Of a stretch of DNA of 64,000 nt, positions 58,788 to 64,000 are shown one piece after another. The position numbers and the translations under genes were made by a program. Each line of letters begins with the position of its first letter. The stretch's first letter is position 1. Source of the DNA: Giardia intestinalis (taxonomy: Eukaryota); the NCBI GenBank assembly GCA_000002435.2, contig CM018789.1; one strand, given 5' to 3'. The notes beneath the pieces are model-generated. The model was not told where the DNA came from, ran no database searches, and saw only the letters and a program-made list of their open reading frames with translations.

Positions 58788-61757
58788 TTACCATTTGTCC
58801 CCGGGCTTCTTTTTAGCGTTCCCGCGGTGCCGCATCTCATCCCGCTTCTCCGCCTTTTTAGAGCGTGTTTTTATATGGCTTCCAGAGTACTTTTTGTTGT
58901 CTTTCCGCGACATGGAGACTCTATCTCGACACCCAGAGCCTCCTTCCCAGTGTGCAGTCCTCTTATGCGTAAGGTCTCTCTTGCAATATGGGCACGTTGG
59001 TTGCACGCCCGAATCTTTTCCGCAGAACCCACAGACTTGCATGCTTGCCACTGAATTTCCGCATGCACATGCTTTACTGTGGCACGTATCGCAAGGATAT
59101 GCAAGTCCACATGCAAAACGGAACCAGCGGTAGCTGTGGGACGCGTGCTTGCAGGATCCGTTGTTTGGTAGGGGGCCTGGTTGAATCTGCTGCTTCTTCT
59201 GCTGAATAGATGCTGTCTTAGGAAGGTGTATAGTCATGCCATTTTGCAGTGCAAAGATTGCCGTGCTGTAGCATAGACGTATCTTGTCAAAGCATATTGG
59301 GCAGAAGCTCTGGACAAAGCTCACCTTGTGGCCACCTTGAATCAGTCTCCATCCGTTGTGTTCACTGGTACTATGGCAAGACGTGCACTGGCATATGATT
59401 CCACACTTATTGATATTGGCTAGATTGATAGGTAGACAGGAGGTATGTGATTCAACGAGTAAAGCCTCCGCACCATGGGGACCGCCTGAGAAACCGTTAA
59501 AGATCAATGACTCTGCTATGATCTGCATGGTGTGACCACAGCCAGTACAGTTTGTTGAACCAAAAAGTGTTGCACCCTCTCCCTCCCTGGGAGTTAGGAC
59601 GAGAACTGCTATGCGTAGGCACTTTGAGCAAACAGTCGTGATATGCGGTGTCTTAAATTGGAGTAGGATGGCTCCAGTCAGAGATAGGTTCTTAATGTAG
59701 AGGCGTAGGCCACTCAGCCTTTTTCGCTGCCTCTCGTGCTGCTTCTTTTCGTTGTCTAACTCGTCTAGTATATCGTGTTTGCTGTCAGCATCATCAGCAG
59801 CAGCAGCAGCGAACGCGTCCTTATTGAGCAGAAAGTTCTCACACACTGATGCCGGAATACCGCTAAAGTCATAGTTGCCAATGCATGATTCTGTGCTCTC
59901 TTCGCTACTATTGTCTGTGTCATCGGCGCTATTTGATCCACTGCTGTCTGAAGACGTGGTATCTTCTTCGTCAAATGGAGTGTATCCATCCGCCTTAATC
60001 TTCCCCAGAGCCCGCGCTACTTTCAAGGCACTGGCCTTCTCCGCACTGGCATTCAGAAGGTCCGCGAGAATGTCTGGAAGAAAGATAGTAAAGAATGCAT
60101 GTATGTCCGTAAAAGTAGTCAATCTATCGTCAACTGGTATTTTCGATAGAGTCCCAGGCAGGGCGGCAATTAGATCCGACACCTGCTTATGGATGACTTG
60201 CTCATATATTTCTAATTCGTTAGCTGGGCAGGTGTCTTCCAAGAAGGGATCTTTTGTGATAGACGGGGCCATGTGTAGCATTAGATTAATTCCTTTGGTC
60301 AAATAGTACAACACATCATAGTCGTACTTATCAGCTGAATACTCTATGGCTATATCTCTTTTTGCGATGGACTGTACTATTTGTAGGAGTGTGTGCTTAG
60401 GATCTGGATTTACGAGCGGGGTCTTGGCCCTCTCGCCGAGCATAACGTTTATTATTAGAGGAAGATGCATGTCGGGGAACTCAGAAATCCCTTTGCAAAG
60501 AGACGGAAAGTTTGGTCGCAGCTTCTCTATAGATTCTTCAGACAAAAGAGAAAATGGGAAATTGAACTGGAGAAGAATGGTATCAGATGTGGAAGAGAGA
60601 ACAGTGAATCCGTTCTCAAAGAAATATCGCCCCAGCTTTAATAATTGAATCGTTGAGATGCATCGGGGAGCAATCGTCAATCCGTCGCTCATTACCGGAT
60701 TGTAAATCCCACGTATCTCACTGATCTGCTGTCCATTCTGATTGGTGACTGTGACCTTTGTATCAACTGGTTTAACTGTCGTTTCGCCCCCGAGGAGTGC
60801 CTCAAATATTTGCGAATATGTTGCACTATTTTCTTCAGTCCATGAAGGATTGCTATTGATGGGGATTACATTAATGGAGCGAGTGCTAGGGACATAGGGA
60901 GTAGCTTGAAGTTCAGATTCCTTAGAACACATAGAGGACTTGGCAAAATAGGCGAGCTTATGCTTCACAGCATGCTTTAGCTCTTCGGGAATCTCACCAG
61001 CTGAGCGTGCGTAGAGATCCGCATAGTATTCTCCAAGGGTTTTGAAGTCAGAGAGAGATCTGAATTTCAGGTCCTTGGGTGCTGAAACCTCCCAAGTAAT
61101 TACATCGCCGGTCGATGTGGCTAAAGTATTCTCCAAGTCCTTGACAGCCTTAGTGTCGGCTGCTGGAATGGTGACTAACGCAGTACATCTTTCCACTGGA
61201 TTAATGACCGACTCGACTGAGGCTTTCTTTGATGACGATATGGTTGACTCTGGTGCAGAGGCTGAGCAGCGAGGTGATGGTGGTAGCTGAAGAGTGAGAT
61301 CCTTGGTATCTGCGGATTTAATAGGAGGTGGTTCTGATCGAAGTTGGTAGCGCATAATGGTCGTTGTGCCTTCATAATGTTGATACCTTTCAAAGTAGGT
61401 CCAGAGCTTTAAAAGCGATGCGTCATAATCCTCGGCTAGCCTTCTCACAGTCTCCTCTACTCCAAGCTCTCCAATCATGTCGGTGACATGCTTGGCTAAT
61501 GCCTCTTTAAAGAAAGGTGGAAGGTCTTTTCCAGCAATCGCTACCTTGACTTTCGAAGGCTTATATGTCTTTGTGGAGAAGGCCAATATAACTGTGTACC
61601 CGGGTACATCAATTCTACTTGCATCCAGGGCCTGTAGTCTAAGCTTGCACGTGAAATAGTTCTCACGATATAACGGTCCTTTCTCAATAATGGTCACAGC
61701 ATCTGCCCCGAGAATGTCTTCAAGAGCAGAATGCTCTTTCCTATATAGATTGCTCAT
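58788..61757 (-). CDS. Large hypothetical protein with C-terminal Cys/His-rich zinc-finger clusters and acidic Ser/Asp tracts
   Basis: The track start at 61775 is TTG; the ATG is at 61755-61757 (MSNLYRKEH). The C-terminal 300 aa hold more than 40 Cys/His in CxxC/HxxC arrangements (CPICFDKIRLC, CDTCHSKACACG, CGFCGKD...CPYCKRDL). Basic tail. Confidence 0.6.
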   Translation of the reverse strand: MSNLYRKEHSALEDILGADAVTIIEKGPLYRENYFTCKLRLQALDASRIDVPGYTVILAFSTKTYKPSKVKVAIAGKDLPPFFKEALAKHVTDMIGELGVEETVRRLAEDYDASLLKLWTYFERYQHYEGTTTIMRYQLRSEPPPIKSADTKDLTLQLPPSPRCSASAPESTISSSKKASVESVINPVERCTALVTIPAADTKAVKDLENTLATSTGDVITWEVSAPKDLKFRSLSDFKTLGEYYADLYARSAGEIPEELKHAVKHKLAYFAKSSMCSKESELQATPYVPSTRSINVIPINSNPSWTEENSATYSQIFEALLGGETTVKPVDTKVTVTNQNGQQISEIRGIYNPVMSDGLTIAPRCISTIQLLKLGRYFFENGFTVLSSTSDTILLQFNFPFSLLSEESIEKLRPNFPSLCKGISEFPDMHLPLIINVMLGERAKTPLVNPDPKHTLLQIVQSIAKRDIAIEYSADKYDYDVLYYLTKGINLMLHMAPSITKDPFLEDTCPANELEIYEQVIHKQVSDLIAALPGTLSKIPVDDRLTTFTDIHAFFTIFLPDILADLLNASAEKASALKVARALGKIKADGYTPFDEEDTTSSDSSGSNSADDTDNSSEESTESCIGNYDFSGIPASVCENFLLNKDAFAAAAADDADSKHDILDELDNEKKQHERQRKRLSGLRLYIKNLSLTGAILLQFKTPHITTVCSKCLRIAVLVLTPREGEGATLFGSTNCTGCGHTMQIIAESLIFNGFSGGPHGAEALLVESHTSCLPINLANINKCGIICQCTSCHSTSEHNGWRLIQGGHKVSFVQSFCPICFDKIRLCYSTAIFALQNGMTIHLPKTASIQQKKQQIQPGPLPNNGSCKHASHSYRWFRFACGLAYPCDTCHSKACACGNSVASMQVCGFCGKDSGVQPTCPYCKRDLTHKRTAHWEGGSGCRDRVSMSRKDNKKYSGSHIKTRSKKAEKRDEMRHRGNAKKKPGDKW

Positions 61758-61828
61758 GACGACTGCTACAAACAACTATAGAAAGTTTAGGAAATTTCGT
61801 TTTTACTCTTAAATCTTTGCGCTAGACC

Positions 61829-64000
61829 ATGACAAGAGTTATTGAGCTGGGGGAGTATTCAGACCATGCATACGCTGCCATCTTTCCTGGACTGGGCCTC
61901 CTTCTCACTGATCCTGAAGGTGTTATCACTCTCTATAGAGACGATGATAAAGGTCCAGGGTTCATTGTTCACAAGGCGAATTCACCAATCACAGCTTTGG
62001 CATGCACCCATAATATTATACTAATCTCATGCGGAGAAACTCTTAGGGTGAGCAGGTATCGTCCTGACCTAGGAAAATTTGATGAGCTCAGTGATACTAC
62101 AAATGAGTGTACTTTGCCGCATGCTGTATCGGTTCTTTACATTCTAGATAGCCACGGCTTCCTTGCTGGAACAGATGTCGGCGAGTGTTATCTTTTCCCG
62201 GTCAATCTTGATGACGAAGTAGAGATTGCTACCCCTTTACCAGAGCCGGTACTTCTTGGCAGACTAAATGACGCGATTACCTCACTTACTAGCTCGGAGA
62301 CAATGATACTTATAACCTCTCAAAGTGGCCAGGTGCTCCTCCTAGACATTTCTTCATACTTTCAGCCAGAAAAGAAGCCAGCAGAAACAGCAACTGTTTT
62401 CTCGACTAGACTCCTTTGCGCAGAGCTGCTACAGCCGGGATCCATATCTTACGTTACTCGCCTGGGTTCTGCACTTTGTGGGAGCGACTTTCTCCTTCCG
62501 GGGGTTGAATTGGCACTTCGATCTGTGTCACGGCCACAAGCGCCCATCATGTCATCGGCTCTTCCAGATAACGACACTGTTATCAACTTGCAATATGTCG
62601 TTTACGAAGGAGAAGCGACACCAGCACTCTTCTCATGTGTGTCAATGTCCCAGGATCAAGTATGTTCGGTGCACCTTGTGCGCTTTACTGGAAAGAAGCA
62701 AACGCCCTTTCTTATTTGTTGCATGCAAAAGTTTCCCAATAAGGCATTCATTGTTTCCCATTATATCCAAACTCGAGATGGGCATATCTGTAGATTAATT
62801 GTACTCACTGCCTCTCCTAACGAGGGGAGGGCTCTACACATATATGACAACTTCTATACGCTGACACATGCAGATAAACAGGCGCTGAAGGGATCCGCAG
62901 CTACAATCAACGACCAAATCCAAGAATTAACAGCACAACTCCTCACAGAAGCTATGACAGAACCTTTCACAAAGAAACAATTAGCCCATCAGGTTAAGAC
63001 TTCTAAACCTAGTGAGCTCAACGAAGAACAGTCTGCTGAAAGCAGTAGCGAGTCTGAGAGTGATCAAGATACTGTCATTCCACTTGGAAAAGATACAGTA
63101 GAGCACGAAACAAAGATCTCATCAGGATCCATCGTGGATAAGATTCCAGAAGGATATAGTCTTCTGGTTGAACGGTTTGCTGATCAAGTCCTTCAAAAGG
63201 TTATTCTACACACGGGCTCCTCTCACACGACCTCTCCTGCCCTACTAGTCAACTTCTTTGTTAAGCTAGGTAGCACCACTCTCCGCTCTTGGGACTTTAC
63301 CTCACTATTAACGAGAATTGAGGCACTCGGTCGCTCGTCCCGCACGTTCCTTTGTTATACTTCCAAAGGATCGGTGCAGATGTCTGCCTTTGATAACGGC
63401 ACATCCTTTATCATCTATTGTAAGCCTCATACCTTAGGGGCACGGGAGCAAACATACACCCTACCACAGCCCGCTATTCATGCGTCTATCTCGGATTACG
63501 GAACTGCTATCCTCAGAGAAACATCTCTATCTGTCTATCCTTATCAGGACTCTCCAACGGCTCCTGAGTTCAAGCGGGAGTGGAAGGTTGTTTTCCCTCC
63601 AACACTTATACCTGTTGCTTGTGCTTTTGGTGACGCCCGCTTTGCGGCTGTCTCCTTCACAAATAGAACGTTGATAGCATACTGTGGTGGCCTTGTTTGC
63701 TATTCTAACGTGTATGCCTGCTCCATTACCTTACTGCTCATGGAAGGGTCAATTCTTTTTGTATTGTCAGAAAACACCTTCTACCTTATAGATTTAGAAG
63801 CCAGAAAGACAATTGTAACAGGTACATCACCGGTCCCTCCTACCCATCTAATTTGGGGCTCCATAGATGAGTTCTGTGTGCTTTTGTACAGCCAAACAGG
63901 CACACTATTTGCGTTAAACATACAATCTATCTTCAGTTCTGTTACTTACACGTGGGTTCCCATTCTATCGGTAGTCGAACAAGAACGGAAACGGATATCT
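61829..64000 (+). CDS. Hypothetical protein, 3'-partial (runs off window); absent from supplied ORF track
   Basis: Hand translation from ATG 61829 is open for 724 codons to the window edge (MTRVIELGEYSDHAYAAIFPGLGLLLTDPEGVITLYRDD...). An in-frame TAG sits at 61823-61825. No stop appears in the window, which explains why the track omits it. It is divergent from the upstream gene by 71 bp. Confidence 0.6.
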   Translation, partial: MTRVIELGEYSDHAYAAIFPGLGLLLTDPEGVITLYRDDDKGPGFIVHKANSPITALACTHNIILISCGETLRVSRYRPDLGKFDELSDTTNECTLPHAVSVLYILDSHGFLAGTDVGECYLFPVNLDDEVEIATPLPEPVLLGRLNDAITSLTSSETMILITSQSGQVLLLDISSYFQPEKKPAETATVFSTRLLCAELLQPGSISYVTRLGSALCGSDFLLPGVELALRSVSRPQAPIMSSALPDNDTVINLQYVVYEGEATPALFSCVSMSQDQVCSVHLVRFTGKKQTPFLICCMQKFPNKAFIVSHYIQTRDGHICRLIVLTASPNEGRALHIYDNFYTLTHADKQALKGSAATINDQIQELTAQLLTEAMTEPFTKKQLAHQVKTSKPSELNEEQSAESSSESESDQDTVIPLGKDTVEHETKISSGSIVDKIPEGYSLLVERFADQVLQKVILHTGSSHTTSPALLVNFFVKLGSTTLRSWDFTSLLTRIEALGRSSRTFLCYTSKGSVQMSAFDNGTSFIIYCKPHTLGAREQTYTLPQPAIHASISDYGTAILRETSLSVYPYQDSPTAPEFKREWKVVFPPTLIPVACAFGDARFAAVSFTNRTLIAYCGGLVCYSNVYACSITLLLMEGSILFVLSENTFYLIDLEARKTIVTGTSPVPPTHLIWGSIDEFCVLLYSQTGTLFALNIQSIFSSVTYTWVPILSVVEQERKRIS

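Noticed and set aside
59790-59815. Short (CAG)n microsatellite
   Set aside because: Only about 5 repeat units, in-frame within the large zinc-finger gene (encodes an Ala run). Not a significant repeat element.

Overview
This window is eukaryotic and almost certainly comes from a Giardia intestinalis (lamblia) chromosome; there are no prokaryotic defence islands or CRISPR arrays. Three observations support the species call. A 632-aa cysteine-rich CXXC/GGCY surface protein ends in a transmembrane helix plus the invariant Giardia VSP tail CRGKA, and is followed by the VSP-type extended poly(A) signal ACTTAGGTAGTAAAT. Genes are tightly packed and intronless, with A/T-rich sequence immediately 5' of the ATG. 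AGTRAAY poly(A) heptamers sit about 10–30 nt after stop codons. I call about 35 protein-coding genes on both strands, plus two identical tRNA-Leu(AAG) genes. Recognisable products are Rab2, a PAK kinase with a duplicated CRIB/PBD, ELP3, a paired/Tc1-type bipartite-HTH protein (Pax-like), a BPI/LBP-fold-like secreted protein, a VSP, a FAM135/DUF676 putative lipase, a PRC1/MAP65-like protein, a class-V aminotransferase, a UBE2J/Ubc6 E2, an HMG-box protein, a Mn-type CDF transporter, PIG-M GPI mannosyltransferase, an SF2 DEVH helicase, adenylate/UMP-CMP kinase, the PP2A B55 subunit and a WIPI/Atg18 PROPPIN. The most unusual structure is a perfect 1297-bp inverted repeat pair (17780–19076 and 21990–23286). 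Each arm carries tRNA-Leu(AAG) and a GC-rich segment with RNase P/MRP-like CR-I and CR-V motifs. The arms bracket a 2.9-kb AT-rich island that holds the BPI-like gene. Outside the perfect core the two flanks are still recognisably homologous: an intact gene on the left and a truncated, decayed paralog on the right. This suggests a homogenised core inside an older inverted duplication, directly next to the VSP gene. Other oddities are a 1.7-kb GC-rich block with no dominant reading frame, three convergent gene pairs whose stop codons abut or overlap, and a 29-bp bidirectional promoter. A caveat on the ORF track: it accepts GTG and TTG as start codons and omits ORFs that run off the window end. 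I therefore re-derived ATG starts and added a long 3'-partial CDS (61829 to beyond 64000) that the track misses.
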